From positions 32,743 through 96,742 of the forward strand of contig CAYZAK010000002.1 of the NCBI GenBank assembly GCA_964476445.1: a stretch of 64,000 nucleotides of DNA, given 5' to 3'. Position numbers and translations under genes: made by a program. Positions 37,816 through 48,626 of the stretch are shown here, piece after piece. Origin of the DNA: an uncultured bacterium (GTDB taxonomy: Bacteria > CG03 > SLGR01 > JAGXOG01). The notes beneath the pieces are model-generated. The model was not told the DNA's origin, did not search any database, and saw nothing but the letters and a program-made list of their open reading frames with translations. The first letter of the stretch is position 1. Every line of letters starts with the position of its first letter.

Positions 37816-38718
37816 ATGAGTAAATTGACTAAGCAGATAAGAGAAAAGTTAAAAAAGATTAACGGGGTTCTGCTTGTACATAACTATCAGCTGCCCAAAA
37901 TACAGGATATCGCCGATTACACCGGTGATTCTTTAGGGTTGTCCAGGCAGGCCGCTTCAACAAAGGCGGAAGTTATTATTTTTTGCGGGGTGGATTTCAT
38001 GGCCCAGACAGCCAAAATTTTATCGCCTAAAAAAAAGGTAATACTTCCCGTAAAAGACGCCACCTGCCCCATGGCGGAAATGATTACCCCGGAAGATTTA
38101 AAAAAATTTAAACAGGAGCATCCCGGAACTCCGGTAGTCAGTTATGTAAATACCACCGCCCGTATAAAAGCAGAAAGCGATATCTGCTGTACTTCCTCCA
38201 ACGCTGTTAAGGTGGTAAAATCTCTCGATTCAAAAGAGATAATTTTTACTCCGGATAAAAATCTGGCCGATTACGTAAGAAAAAATACGGATAAAAAGAT
38301 AATATCCTGGAACGGGTTCTGTCCCGTTCACCACGGCATAACTCCCCGGATGGTCCGGGAAATAAAATCCAAATATCCCGAGGCCATGTTTATGGCCCAT
38401 CCGGAATGCCGGCCCGAAGTACTTAAAATGGCCGATCATATAGCTTCTACGGGGGGGATGTTCGATGCGGCCCGGGAGACCAAAAAAAAGAAAATTATAG
38501 TAGGAACCGAAGAGGGAATGCTGTATCCCCTTAAAAAACAGTTCCCCGGTAAAGAATTTATAACTTTCCGAAATCGCCCGGTCTGTAAAAATATGAAGAA
38601 AAACACTCTTCGTGATGTAAAAAGTAGCATAGACAGCCTTAAACCTCAGATAACTATAGATGATACAGTGATAGAAAAAGCAGCCCGGGCTTTAGACCGG
38701 ATGTTGAGCATAGGGTAA
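37816..38718 (+). CDS. nadA: quinolinate synthase
   Basis: NadA family length and pattern, conserved Cys residues for the 4Fe-4S cluster. Confidence 0.85.
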   Translation: MSKLTKQIREKLKKINGVLLVHNYQLPKIQDIADYTGDSLGLSRQAASTKAEVIIFCGVDFMAQTAKILSPKKKVILPVKDATCPMAEMITPEDLKKFKQEHPGTPVVSYVNTTARIKAESDICCTSSNAVKVVKSLDSKEIIFTPDKNLADYVRKNTDKKIISWNGFCPVHHGITPRMVREIKSKYPEAMFMAHPECRPEVLKMADHIASTGGMFDAARETKKKKIIVGTEEGMLYPLKKQFPGKEFITFRNRPVCKNMKKNTLRDVKSSIDSLKPQITIDDTVIEKAARALDRMLSIG

Positions 38719-40289
38719 TGGATAAGAATGAATATATAGAGACCGATGTTCTTATTATAGGTAGCGGGGTGGCCGGTTTATCTTTAGCCCTTTATCTAAA
38801 AGACCGGTTGAATGTCGTTGTAGTAACCAAATCTTTCCCCAAAGAATCCTCTTCGGCAAAAGCCCAGGGGGGTATTGCCTGCGTTACGGGAAGTGACGAT
38901 TCCTTTAATGAACATATAAAAGATACCCTTGAGGCCGGTGACGGGCTCTGTGAGGATAAAATTGTAGAAAAAGTAATAACCGAAGCGCCGGACAGGATAG
39001 ATGATCTTAAAAAATTCGGGGTAAAATTTACCGGCGGAAATTCTGAACCGGAGTTGGGCAGGGAAGGGGGCCATTCTAAAAGACGAATTCTTCATCACGG
39101 GGATAAAACCGGCGAGGAAGTTGAGAATAAATTATTTAAAAAAGTTAAGGCTCTTAAAAACACAACCGTAATCTCCCATCATACGGCAGTCAATATCATA
39201 AAAGAGGGTTCTCAATGCGCCGGGGCCTATGTGCTTGACAACGAAACTCTTAAGGTGAAGAGGTTCCTGGCGAAGATAACCGTACTGGCCACCGGGGGTT
39301 GTGGAAAAGTTTACAAGTACACTTCCAATCCCAATATAGCCACCGGCGACGGCATAGCCATGGCCTACCGGGCCGGGGCCCGTATAGCCAATATGGAGTT
39401 TATTCAGTTTCACCCCACCTGTCTTTATTCTACCCGGGAACCCGTATTTTTAATAACTGAGGCAATGAGGGGGGAAGGAGCGGTGCTTCTGGATGCCGCC
39501 GGCCAGGAGTTTATGAAAAAATACGATAGCCGCGGCGAACTGGCCCCCAGGGATGTAGTGGCCAGAGCTATTGACCGGGAAATGAAAAAATCAGGTGTAA
39601 AACATCTTTATCTGGATATACATTCCCGAAGGTCCGCTGATTTTATTAAAAAAAGATTTCCAACAATATATAAAAAATTAAAGGGACTGGATATAGATAT
39701 AACCAGAGAAAACATTCCCGTTGTCCCGGCGGCCCATTACTGCTGCGGGGGAGTAGAAATTGACGAACGGGGCCGTTCAAGCATAGATAATCTTCTGGTC
39801 AGCGGGGAGAGCTCGCATACGGGTTTACACGGCGCCAACCGTTTGGCGTCCAATTCCCTTCTAGAAGCCGTGGTATACAGTTACAATACCGCCCGGCATA
39901 TACTAGATGTTATAGAAGAAAAAAAACTATTGTCCGCCGATCCATGGAAATACACCGGGAAAACCCCACCTAAAGAACAGGTGTTTATAGAACACAACTG
40001 GATGTCGGTCAGGGTGCTGATGTGGAATTATCTGGGAGTGGTCCGTTCTGACAGAAGATTAGAGGAAGCTCTTAAACGATTAAAACTAATTAAAAACGAA
40101 GTGGATTACCATTACTGGAATTATTTAATAACCCCGGACATGGTGGAATTACGGAATTTGGTGGAAGCTGCTAAAATAATAATAGAGAGCGCCCGACTCA
40201 GAAAAGAGAGCCGGGGACTTCACTACAATATAGATTATCCTCAAAAAAAGAAAGAGTTTCTGTCCAACACCTATACAATTAAAAAATAA
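38718..40289 (+). CDS. nadB: L-aspartate oxidase
   Basis: FAD motif DVLIIGSGVAGLSLAL, succinate-dehydrogenase/fumarate-reductase flavoprotein-like fold. Confidence 0.9.
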   Translation: MDKNEYIETDVLIIGSGVAGLSLALYLKDRLNVVVVTKSFPKESSSAKAQGGIACVTGSDDSFNEHIKDTLEAGDGLCEDKIVEKVITEAPDRIDDLKKFGVKFTGGNSEPELGREGGHSKRRILHHGDKTGEEVENKLFKKVKALKNTTVISHHTAVNIIKEGSQCAGAYVLDNETLKVKRFLAKITVLATGGCGKVYKYTSNPNIATGDGIAMAYRAGARIANMEFIQFHPTCLYSTREPVFLITEAMRGEGAVLLDAAGQEFMKKYDSRGELAPRDVVARAIDREMKKSGVKHLYLDIHSRRSADFIKKRFPTIYKKLKGLDIDITRENIPVVPAAHYCCGGVEIDERGRSSIDNLLVSGESSHTGLHGANRLASNSLLEAVVYSYNTARHILDVIEEKKLLSADPWKYTGKTPPKEQVFIEHNWMSVRVLMWNYLGVVRSDRRLEEALKRLKLIKNEVDYHYWNYLITPDMVELRNLVEAAKIIIESARLRKESRGLHYNIDYPQKKKEFLSNTYTIKK

Positions 40290-40325
40290 AAGTTATAATA
40301 ATCAGAAAGTTAAATATACCTGACA

Positions 40326-43223
40326 ATGAATAAAAAAACAGATACAAAAAAATATATAGATATAAGAGGGGCCAGCGAACATAACCTGAAAGGGATAGAT
40401 ATAAAATTGCCCCGGAACCGGTTTATAGTGGTAACCGGGGTATCGGGCAGCGGAAAATCTTCACTGGCCTTTGATACCCTGTACGCCGAAGGTCAGAGAC
40501 GATATGTGGAGTCTCTCTCCTCTTACGCCCGCCAGTTTTTGGGTCAGAAAAAAAAACCGCGGGTTGATTCCATAACCGGCATTCCCCCGGCGGTGGCCAT
40601 CCAGCAGAAAGGGCCCGGTTACAATCCCCGGTCCACAGTGGGCACGTTAACTGAAATATACGATTACCTCCGTCTGCTTTTTGCCCGGATCGGTAAGGTG
40701 CACTGTCCGGAGTGCGGCAGAAAAATAGAATCCCAGAGCATAGATGAAATTGTGGGGCAGATTATTGAGAAAAGAAAAGGCCGGAAGGTGACTGTATTAG
40801 CTCCGGTGGTCAGGGGTCGCAAGGGCAAGTACAGGGAGCTTTTTGACCGCCTCAGTAGCGAAGGTTTTGTCAAAGTTAAAATTGACGGTAAAAAATACTC
40901 CTTAGAAGAAGAGATTGATCTTGACGGGAGAAAAAACCATAACATCGGGGTGGTTGTTGACAGACTTGAAATTACCGGGAGCGAGTTTAATGAAGAGCGT
41001 TTCCGGGATTCGGTTGAAATAGCCATGAAAAAGACCGGGGGAACACTTGAAATTGAAACCGGCCAAAATGACGGGACTAAAAAAGAAGTTTTTTCAAGCC
41101 ATTACGCCTGTCCGGTGTGTGAAATAAGCGTGGGCAAGATGGAACCCAGAAACTTTTCCTTTAATTCGCCTTACGGGGCCTGCGAAGATTGTTCGGGGTT
41201 GGGAATAAAGCTGGAGGTGGATCCCGACCTGGTGGTTCCCGACAGAAATATATCCTTAAATAAGGGGGCTATAGTTCCCTGGTCCGATCCCATTACCAAC
41301 CGCCGGCACCGGTGGAAAAGAGCGGCCCGTAAATACAGAACCCAGATGATACATACCATTGCCCGGGAACTGGATTTTAATTTGGACAACCCGTTTAATA
41401 AATTACCTGAAAAGGTACAGAAAATTCTTCTTTTTGGATCAGACAGGGAGTTTGAATTTAATTTACAGAGGGGTTCCCGGCAATATACCAAAAAAACTCA
41501 ATTTGAAGGAGCTGTGGAAGTTCTTACCCGCAGGCATCTACAGACCGATTCCGATTACGTCAGAAAACAAATTCAGGAAAAGTACATGAGGGAAGCCCGT
41601 TGTCCGGGCTGCCGGGGTACCAGGTTAAAAAAAGAGTCTCTGGCCGTGACGGTTGATGAAAAAAATATAGCCGAACTGGTGGACTTGCCGGTAAAAAGAC
41701 TGGTGAGCTTTTTTGATAACATAAAGTTAGAAGGTTTTGAAAAAACGGTTGGAGATAAAATTTTAGAAGAGTTACATTCCCGGACAAAATTTTTAGTGGA
41801 TGTGGGGGTGGACTATATCTCTTTAAACCGCAAGGCCAATACCCTCTCCTCGGGAGAAAATGAGAGGATAAGGCTGGCCACCCAGATAGGTTCTTCTTTA
41901 GTGGGGGTGGCCTATATAATGGATGAACCGACTGTGGGACTGCACGCCAGGGATACCAGGCGGTTGTTGAAATCCCTTAAAAATTTACAAAAGTTGGGAA
42001 ATACCGTCCTGGTGGTAGAGCATGACGACAAGACCATAAAAATTGCCGATTACGTGCTGGATCTGGGTCCGGGCGCCGGTGTACACGGTGGTGAAGTGGT
42101 ATATTCCGGGCCCAAATCTGAATTTAAAAATTGCGAAAATTCTCTTACCGCCGGTTATTTTACCGGCAAAAAAAGAGTACCGGTTCCCCAAAAAAGAAGA
42201 ACTTCAACCGGAAAAAGCATTGAGCTGACCGGCTGCAGTCAGTTTAATTTAAAAAATATTGACGTAGAATTTAAAACCGGGGTATTTAATTGTGTCACCG
42301 GGGTCTCCGGCTCGGGTAAGAGCACTCTGGTAGAAGAAATACTGTACAAAGCTATGAAAATAAAACTTTATTCCAATACCGATGTTCGTCCGGGAAATTT
42401 TGATAAAATCCGGGTGCCCGATTATTTTAAAAAAGTTATCAATATCGATCAGACTCCTATCGGCAGGACTCCCCGGTCCAACCCGGCTACCTATACCAAA
42501 GTGTTTACTCCTATAAGAGAGCTTTTTGCCGGGTTGCCCATGAGTAAAGCAAGAGGCTATGGTAAAGGCCGGTTCTCTTTTAATGTAAAAGAGGGTACCT
42601 GTTCTAAATGCCGGGGTCAGGGACAGATAAAGCTGGAGATGCAGTTTTTGCCCGATATTTATGTTACCTGCGAGGCCTGCAACGGCCAGAAGTACACCGC
42701 CGGCACCCTGGAAGTTAAGTACAAGGGTAAAAATATTTACGAGGTACTGGAAATGACCGTCGAAGAGGCCGCCGAATTTTTTTCCAGTTTTAACCGGATT
42801 ACAAAAATTCTTAACACCCTTAACAACGTGGGGTTGGGTTATGTAAAACTGGGACAGCCCTCAACTACCTTATCCGGTGGAGAGGCCCAGAGAATAAAGC
42901 TGGCCAGGGAACTGGCCAAAAGAAGCCGAGGGGACACCCTGTATATACTGGATGAACCTACCACCGGTCTACATCCGGACGATATTAGATACTTACTTTC
43001 CGTTCTTCATTCCCTGGTGGACAAGGGAAACACCGTAGTCCTGATAGAACATAATATGGATGTAATAAAAAATGCGGACTGGATAGTTGATCTGGGACCG
43101 GAAGGCGGTGATGGCGGCGGAGAAGTGGTTGTTTGCGGAAAGCCCTCAAAGTTGATAAAATGCAAAGATAGTTATACAGGAAAATTTTTAGAAACATATT
43201 TAACCCCTAATGAAAATATTTAA
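40326..43223 (+). CDS. uvrA: excinuclease ABC subunit A
   Basis: Two ABC cassettes (GVSGSGKSSL; GVSGSGKSTL), zinc-finger Cys pairs. Confidence 0.95.
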   Translation: MNKKTDTKKYIDIRGASEHNLKGIDIKLPRNRFIVVTGVSGSGKSSLAFDTLYAEGQRRYVESLSSYARQFLGQKKKPRVDSITGIPPAVAIQQKGPGYNPRSTVGTLTEIYDYLRLLFARIGKVHCPECGRKIESQSIDEIVGQIIEKRKGRKVTVLAPVVRGRKGKYRELFDRLSSEGFVKVKIDGKKYSLEEEIDLDGRKNHNIGVVVDRLEITGSEFNEERFRDSVEIAMKKTGGTLEIETGQNDGTKKEVFSSHYACPVCEISVGKMEPRNFSFNSPYGACEDCSGLGIKLEVDPDLVVPDRNISLNKGAIVPWSDPITNRRHRWKRAARKYRTQMIHTIARELDFNLDNPFNKLPEKVQKILLFGSDREFEFNLQRGSRQYTKKTQFEGAVEVLTRRHLQTDSDYVRKQIQEKYMREARCPGCRGTRLKKESLAVTVDEKNIAELVDLPVKRLVSFFDNIKLEGFEKTVGDKILEELHSRTKFLVDVGVDYISLNRKANTLSSGENERIRLATQIGSSLVGVAYIMDEPTVGLHARDTRRLLKSLKNLQKLGNTVLVVEHDDKTIKIADYVLDLGPGAGVHGGEVVYSGPKSEFKNCENSLTAGYFTGKKRVPVPQKRRTSTGKSIELTGCSQFNLKNIDVEFKTGVFNCVTGVSGSGKSTLVEEILYKAMKIKLYSNTDVRPGNFDKIRVPDYFKKVINIDQTPIGRTPRSNPATYTKVFTPIRELFAGLPMSKARGYGKGRFSFNVKEGTCSKCRGQGQIKLEMQFLPDIYVTCEACNGQKYTAGTLEVKYKGKNIYEVLEMTVEEAAEFFSSFNRITKILNTLNNVGLGYVKLGQPSTTLSGGEAQRIKLARELAKRSRGDTLYILDEPTTGLHPDDIRYLLSVLHSLVDKGNTVVLIEHNMDVIKNADWIVDLGPEGGDGGGEVVVCGKPSKLIKCKDSYTGKFLETYLTPNENI

Positions 43224-46095
43224 GATAACATTATTAGCTGTTTTAATAGCCTTAAACGCTGTCCGGATTCATGCTTTGCCGGCCGGTCAGGATTCCCAAA
43301 GAGACCTGTACCGGTTTGCTCTGAGGGCTTACTCAGAAAACATGTACGATATAGCAGGGCAGAGTTTCAGAGAATATCTGGAAAAGTATCCGGAGGGAAT
43401 ATATGAAAAAGAAGCAAAAATGTTTCTGGGAAAATCTTTTTTTAACCGGGGCAACTACAATAAAGCTTTTGAAATATTCAGGGATATAACCATAGACTAT
43501 TCCCCCTCCCCTGAAGTGGTGGAAGCCTATATCCTAATGGCCGACGCCCGGTTTTATTCGGAAAGATACTGGGAAGCTAAATCAATTTATGTAAATTTTA
43601 TGGATAAATACGACACTTCCGAATATGTTGAGGATGCCTTGTATTTTAAAGCCGAATGCGAATTTCAGCTTGAAGAATACGGAACCGCCCGGTCAACTTA
43701 CCAATCTTTTTTACAAAAATTTGCGGCCAGTTCTTATGTTCCGTATGCTAAACTGGGAGTGGGTTTAAGTTATCACCGGGAAAGAAATTATGAAGCCTCT
43801 CTGGAAGTTTTAGGGGAGTTGTTTAGGGAAGCTACCCCGGAGGAAGTAGAACTGGAAGCTATATATTACAGCGGTCTGGGCTGGAAAAATCTCGGGGATT
43901 ACGAGACGGCTATAAGAAAGTTATCAGAAATTATAGACCGGTATCAGGACAGTCCTTACTATTACCGTGCTGTTTTTAAGATAGGAGAAAGTTTTTTAAA
44001 ACAGCAAAATTTTGAGCAGGCCCGCGAAAAATACAAAGAAATTATTGAAAACCGAAATATTCCGGAAAATTTTAGAATTGACGCGATGTATCAGACCGGA
44101 GAAAGTTATTACCGGGAGGAACAGTATTCTCAGGCAACCCCAATCTGGGAGAGATTAAGGACAGAATACCCCCAGTCCGATAAAGCAGAATCCGCACTTT
44201 TTTCTATAGGCTGGAGTAAATTTAAACAGAGGTTATACACCCGTGCCGCCCGGGAGTTCGCTAAATTTGTAGAGGAATATTCTGCTTCCGATAATGTGCC
44301 GGCTGCCCAGTTTCTTATAGCTCATTCCTACTATTACGCCCAGAATTTTGACCGGGCGGTAGAGGAATATCGAAGGGTGACCAGGTTTTATCCCCGGAGC
44401 CGGTACTCCCCCCGGGCCGTTTACTGGCAGGCCATGTCTTTTTTTAAACTGGGAAAATACGATCAGGTGATAAATATTCTGGACCGGTTTTCCGCAGATT
44501 ATCCCGATCATAGATTTATTGCGGACGCTTATTATTTAATGGGCCGGTCCAGGTTTGAAGAAAATCAGTATGCTGTGTCCAGGGAATATTTTGAAAGAAT
44601 TTTAACCCAATTTCCCCGCAGTTCTATCTATCAGGAAGCCTATCTGGGTAAGGCAAATACTTACTACCGCCAGGGTAATTATCAAACCGCAAAAAATCTT
44701 TACCGGGACCTGGTTGAACAGGTGGAAGAAGGTTCGGTAGCCGACAGTGCGCAAATGGGAATAGGAAACTGTCTTTTGCAGTTAAAAGAATACAACCGGG
44801 CAATTTCGGAATATAAAAAACTAAAAGAAAGTCCGGAGGTACTTTTTCAGATAGGGTACACTTATTACCGGTCCGGAGAGTACGCCGATTCCCGGGAGTC
44901 AATGAGAAACCTGGCCCAAAAATATCCGGAAAGTAATTATTTTGTCCGGGCTTTATACTATGAGGGGTGGAGTAATTTTAGATTAAATGAATTTAAAGAA
45001 TCCGAAACTAAATTTAACCGTATTTTTAAAGAGTATCCAAAACATTCTCTGGCTCCGGATTCATTGTTAAGAGTGGGGGATACGTTTTACAATAGGGAGG
45101 ATTACGACCGGGCAATTGAAATATACATAAAGGTGGTTGATAATTATCCGGATACCCCCGCCGCGGTTAACGCCTTCTACAACGTAGGCTGGAGTTATCA
45201 CACCACCGACAGGCATGAAGAAGCTATAAATATATACGAAAAGTTTCTGCAAAAATATCCGGATTCTGAACTGGCCGAGGATGTTTACTACAGAATGGGC
45301 AGTTTTTATTTTGAACGTGAAGAATACGCCCGGGCAGTGGAAGTGTACCAGAGGTTGCTGGAAAGACAAATTTCTCCCGATACGGAAAAAGAGGCCCTTT
45401 ACTGGCTGGGCTGGAGTTCTTATAATGCCGGTGAAAATGATCGGGCGCTGGAGGTGTTTAGTCAGCTGATAGAAAAATATCCTGAGTATGAGATGATTGA
45501 TGAGATATATTTCAGAAAAGGGGATATATATTATGATATGAATAAACTTGAGGACGCTGTCCGGGAATATGAGGAAATTTCAGAACAGGACCCGGATTCC
45601 AGCTTTGTACCCCGTGCTCTTTACAATATAGCCAAAATCTATGAAGAGATGAATGAACCGGAGACATCAAAAAAATATCTGGAAGAATTAAAAGAAAGAT
45701 TTCCCCGGTCCGATGCTGCGGTTAGGATTGTTTTTGATGAGGCCGCCGAGGCTCAGGATGCAGGTGATTATAATCAGGCCTTGGAAAAATATGAGAGAGT
45801 GTCCCGGATTTCCGGCGCCCGTGTTGGGGCCAGAGCTCAAAAAAGAATGGGGGATATATATTTTACCCGCAGGAATTATAGTCGAGCGGGCATAGAGTAT
45901 TTAAAAGTTCCCTATATGTACAGCGACTTTAAAGATCTTTCAGGAGAAGCCAGATATATGGCCGGGCGGTCCAAGCAGTTGGAAGGAGAAATGAATACCG
46001 CTTTAGAAAACTACAGAAGGGTTATCCAGGATCATTCTGAAACTGTCTGGAGAGACAGAGCGGCGGATAGGATAAGGGAGATACAGGAAGAATAA
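43210..46095 (+). CDS. 961-aa secreted tetratricopeptide-repeat (TPR) protein
   Basis: Signal peptide; more than 20 degenerate 34-aa repeats with the W/LG-Y-A-F-A-P pattern throughout. Confidence 0.8.
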   Translation: MKIFKITLLAVLIALNAVRIHALPAGQDSQRDLYRFALRAYSENMYDIAGQSFREYLEKYPEGIYEKEAKMFLGKSFFNRGNYNKAFEIFRDITIDYSPSPEVVEAYILMADARFYSERYWEAKSIYVNFMDKYDTSEYVEDALYFKAECEFQLEEYGTARSTYQSFLQKFAASSYVPYAKLGVGLSYHRERNYEASLEVLGELFREATPEEVELEAIYYSGLGWKNLGDYETAIRKLSEIIDRYQDSPYYYRAVFKIGESFLKQQNFEQAREKYKEIIENRNIPENFRIDAMYQTGESYYREEQYSQATPIWERLRTEYPQSDKAESALFSIGWSKFKQRLYTRAAREFAKFVEEYSASDNVPAAQFLIAHSYYYAQNFDRAVEEYRRVTRFYPRSRYSPRAVYWQAMSFFKLGKYDQVINILDRFSADYPDHRFIADAYYLMGRSRFEENQYAVSREYFERILTQFPRSSIYQEAYLGKANTYYRQGNYQTAKNLYRDLVEQVEEGSVADSAQMGIGNCLLQLKEYNRAISEYKKLKESPEVLFQIGYTYYRSGEYADSRESMRNLAQKYPESNYFVRALYYEGWSNFRLNEFKESETKFNRIFKEYPKHSLAPDSLLRVGDTFYNREDYDRAIEIYIKVVDNYPDTPAAVNAFYNVGWSYHTTDRHEEAINIYEKFLQKYPDSELAEDVYYRMGSFYFEREEYARAVEVYQRLLERQISPDTEKEALYWLGWSSYNAGENDRALEVFSQLIEKYPEYEMIDEIYFRKGDIYYDMNKLEDAVREYEEISEQDPDSSFVPRALYNIAKIYEEMNEPETSKKYLEELKERFPRSDAAVRIVFDEAAEAQDAGDYNQALEKYERVSRISGARVGARAQKRMGDIYFTRRNYSRAGIEYLKVPYMYSDFKDLSGEARYMAGRSKQLEGEMNTALENYRRVIQDHSETVWRDRAADRIREIQEE

Positions 46096-46107
46096 ACCGT
46101 TCTCGGA

Positions 46108-47565
46108 ATGAAGTCTGTTTTATTATTAATCATGGTTTTGACTGTTCCGGTACCGGAGCTCCGGTCTGCGGATAGCTCTCCGCTGGAACTTGAGGATCTC
46201 TATATATGGGGGGATGACCGGGCCGACATAATAGGTTTGTACGAAGCAGAAGAACTGACTTTGCCTTATTTAAATAAAGGAAATTTTTTAGCTCCGTATA
46301 AAGTTCCCTATCCTTCCGGCGTAGATGCTAAGTACGATTTTTTTGAGCGTTCAGATTCCTGGAAATTTACCGGTGGATACGGGAGTAATAGGGAGTATTA
46401 TATTAATGCCGGAAGAGAGTTTTTTAACCGGGACGGGTGGTCGTACTTTTGTGACGTAACTGCCCAAAATAATAATTTTGTCAATGAAAATCTTAACAGA
46501 GTAGACTGGATGGGTGATATTTTTGGATCCAAAAAATGGGGCAAAACCGGACTGGTTGCCGGTGCCGGTGGGTTCACCGGCAAGTCGGCCTTTGACAGAC
46601 ATTCTTTTAAGCTTTATTCCGGAGTGGATACTCAACTTGGAGGATTAAATTTAAGGTTGAGCCGGTCTAAAATAGACGGCACGGTGGGAAATGAGTTAAT
46701 TACCGGGCTGGACTCAGGGTTTTTACTTTCCAATAATCAGTGGGTGTTTTTTAACGGACAGGTTTACCGCACCGAAACCGGACAAAAAAATAAATGGGGG
46801 TCCGATTTTAAAACCGGATATATAAACACCCTGTTTAGAGATTATTCTTTCCGTATATGGGCCGGAATAAATAACTTCAGGGATACCCGGCTTACCGGTG
46901 GGGGGCGGATCTCGGGGAGTTTTGAGAATGTTTCCTATTCTTTTTATTTAAAAAGAGAATCCTCAAGAAAAGATATGCACACTTTGTATAAGAAGTATCC
47001 CCAGCTTTTGCTGAAAGATCTCCGGGGCCCGGAGATAAAAAATGCACTGGGAGTTGATTTTTCCGGAAAAATTACTTCCGGAGTAACTGCGAATTTTAAT
47101 ACGGAGCTTAAAAATATAGATAATTATTTAACTTTCTACCGCTCAAAAGAGGGCTATTTGCCTGTACATCCGGTAAAGAACAGAAAAATTTTAAGAAGCG
47201 AGGTGACTTTAAATTTACCATATCTGAAATTAGGATATGTACATCGGGACAGTCAAAAAAATATACCCTATGATTACAATAGTTTTTTTGGAGAATTTAA
47301 AAAATATATTTACCGGTACAACCTTCTGGGAAGAGCGACTCTGGATTATACCGGCGGTCACGGTATTTGGTTAAATCCCGCCGGTACTGAAAAAGAAAAA
47401 ATAAGTTCATCGATAGATGCCAGCTTAGAATTGGAGTACGGTATAACAGAAGATATAACTATCCGCGGAGGAGCTCAGAACATGTTTTCCGAAAAGGTAA
47501 TTTTGCCGGTAAGTTTTGAGGATAATAAGGCAAAACTGTATATGATATTAACCTACAGGATGTAA
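46108..47565 (+). CDS. hypothetical outer-membrane protein (signal peptide, predicted β-barrel)
   Basis: Signal peptide MKSVLLLIMVLTVPVP; Gly/Tyr-rich alternating pattern; no family recognised. Confidence 0.4.
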   Translation: MKSVLLLIMVLTVPVPELRSADSSPLELEDLYIWGDDRADIIGLYEAEELTLPYLNKGNFLAPYKVPYPSGVDAKYDFFERSDSWKFTGGYGSNREYYINAGREFFNRDGWSYFCDVTAQNNNFVNENLNRVDWMGDIFGSKKWGKTGLVAGAGGFTGKSAFDRHSFKLYSGVDTQLGGLNLRLSRSKIDGTVGNELITGLDSGFLLSNNQWVFFNGQVYRTETGQKNKWGSDFKTGYINTLFRDYSFRIWAGINNFRDTRLTGGGRISGSFENVSYSFYLKRESSRKDMHTLYKKYPQLLLKDLRGPEIKNALGVDFSGKITSGVTANFNTELKNIDNYLTFYRSKEGYLPVHPVKNRKILRSEVTLNLPYLKLGYVHRDSQKNIPYDYNSFFGEFKKYIYRYNLLGRATLDYTGGHGIWLNPAGTEKEKISSSIDASLELEYGITEDITIRGGAQNMFSEKVILPVSFEDNKAKLYMILTYRM

Positions 47566-47611
47566 AAAGATAAAGGAAGTATAAAATTAATTATACAAGG
47601 AGGAGTGAAAT

Positions 47612-48223
47612 ATGTTAGATTTTATAACCAGGGGGGGAATAATGATGTACCCCCTTTTAATAGGTTCTATACTGGTGGTGGCTATAGTGATAAACAGGTT
47701 CTACTTTTTTAAAAAAGTAGAGATAGACGAAGAGGATCTTTACGTTAAAGTAAAAGATAAATTGCGTTCTTCGGGTCCCGGGGAGGCGATAGCTTACAGC
47801 GAAAAAATAGGAGGGCCAATAGCCAATATTTTAATTGCCGGTCTGCAAAAATACGGCGATGAATCCGAAGAAATTGAAGAAGCTTTTGAAAGAGAAGCTC
47901 TTATTGAGATACCTCTTTTGGAAAAATATCTACCCGCGTTAAATACTATTGGCAGTGTGTCCACTTTGATAGGATTTACAGGGACAGTTCTAGGTATGAT
48001 CCGTGCTTTTAATTCCATAGCCCATGCCGGAACAACATCTCCGGGTATAGTGGCCGGAGGTATAGCCGAAGCCCTTACCACCACGGCTACCGGTTTGATA
48101 ATAGCTATTCCGGCGTTGATATTTTATCATTATTTTTCTCACCGGGTTGAAAAAATCGTTTTGGAAGTAGAGAAAATATCCCGTAATATTATGGATGTAA
48201 TGGTGGAACAGACAAATGTTTGA
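47612..48223 (+). CDS. exbB: MotA/TolQ/ExbB proton-channel protein
   Basis: 3 TM, conserved TolQ/ExbB C-terminal core; RBS AAGGAGGAG. Confidence 0.8.
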   Translation: MLDFITRGGIMMYPLLIGSILVVAIVINRFYFFKKVEIDEEDLYVKVKDKLRSSGPGEAIAYSEKIGGPIANILIAGLQKYGDESEEIEEAFEREALIEIPLLEKYLPALNTIGSVSTLIGFTGTVLGMIRAFNSIAHAGTTSPGIVAGGIAEALTTTATGLIIAIPALIFYHYFSHRVEKIVLEVEKISRNIMDVMVEQTNV

Positions 48224-48626
48224 AAGATTTAAAAATAAAAAAGAAGAAACCGAGTTTTTTACCAATATGGCCCCCATGGCCGATGTAGTTTTTCTTCTTT
48301 TAATATTTTTTATGCTTACTTCCGCTTTTGTTTTGGAACCGGGTATTAACGTTGAACTTCCCCGGGCGGTGACCGCTGAAGAACAGGCCAGGGAAAAACA
48401 TGTTCTGACCATGACCATCGAGGGAGATATTCTTTTAGATGATAAGCCGGTCAGTTTTGAGAATTTGGAACAGATTTTAAGAGAGACATACGCTCCCCAG
48501 CCGGATAAACTTTTAATTATTCGGGCGGACAGGGAAGTTTTTCACAGCAAAGTAGTAAGAGCCCTGGATATTGCTCGGCAGACGGGTATAATAAATTTGG
48601 CCATAGCCACGGATAAAATTGATTGA
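48216..48626 (+). CDS. exbD: ExbD/TolR biopolymer transport protein
   Basis: Single N-terminal TM (ADVVFLLLIFFML), ExbD periplasmic domain; 8-nt overlap with exbB. Confidence 0.8.
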   Translation: MFERFKNKKEETEFFTNMAPMADVVFLLLIFFMLTSAFVLEPGINVELPRAVTAEEQAREKHVLTMTIEGDILLDDKPVSFENLEQILRETYAPQPDKLLIIRADREVFHSKVVRALDIARQTGIINLAIATDKID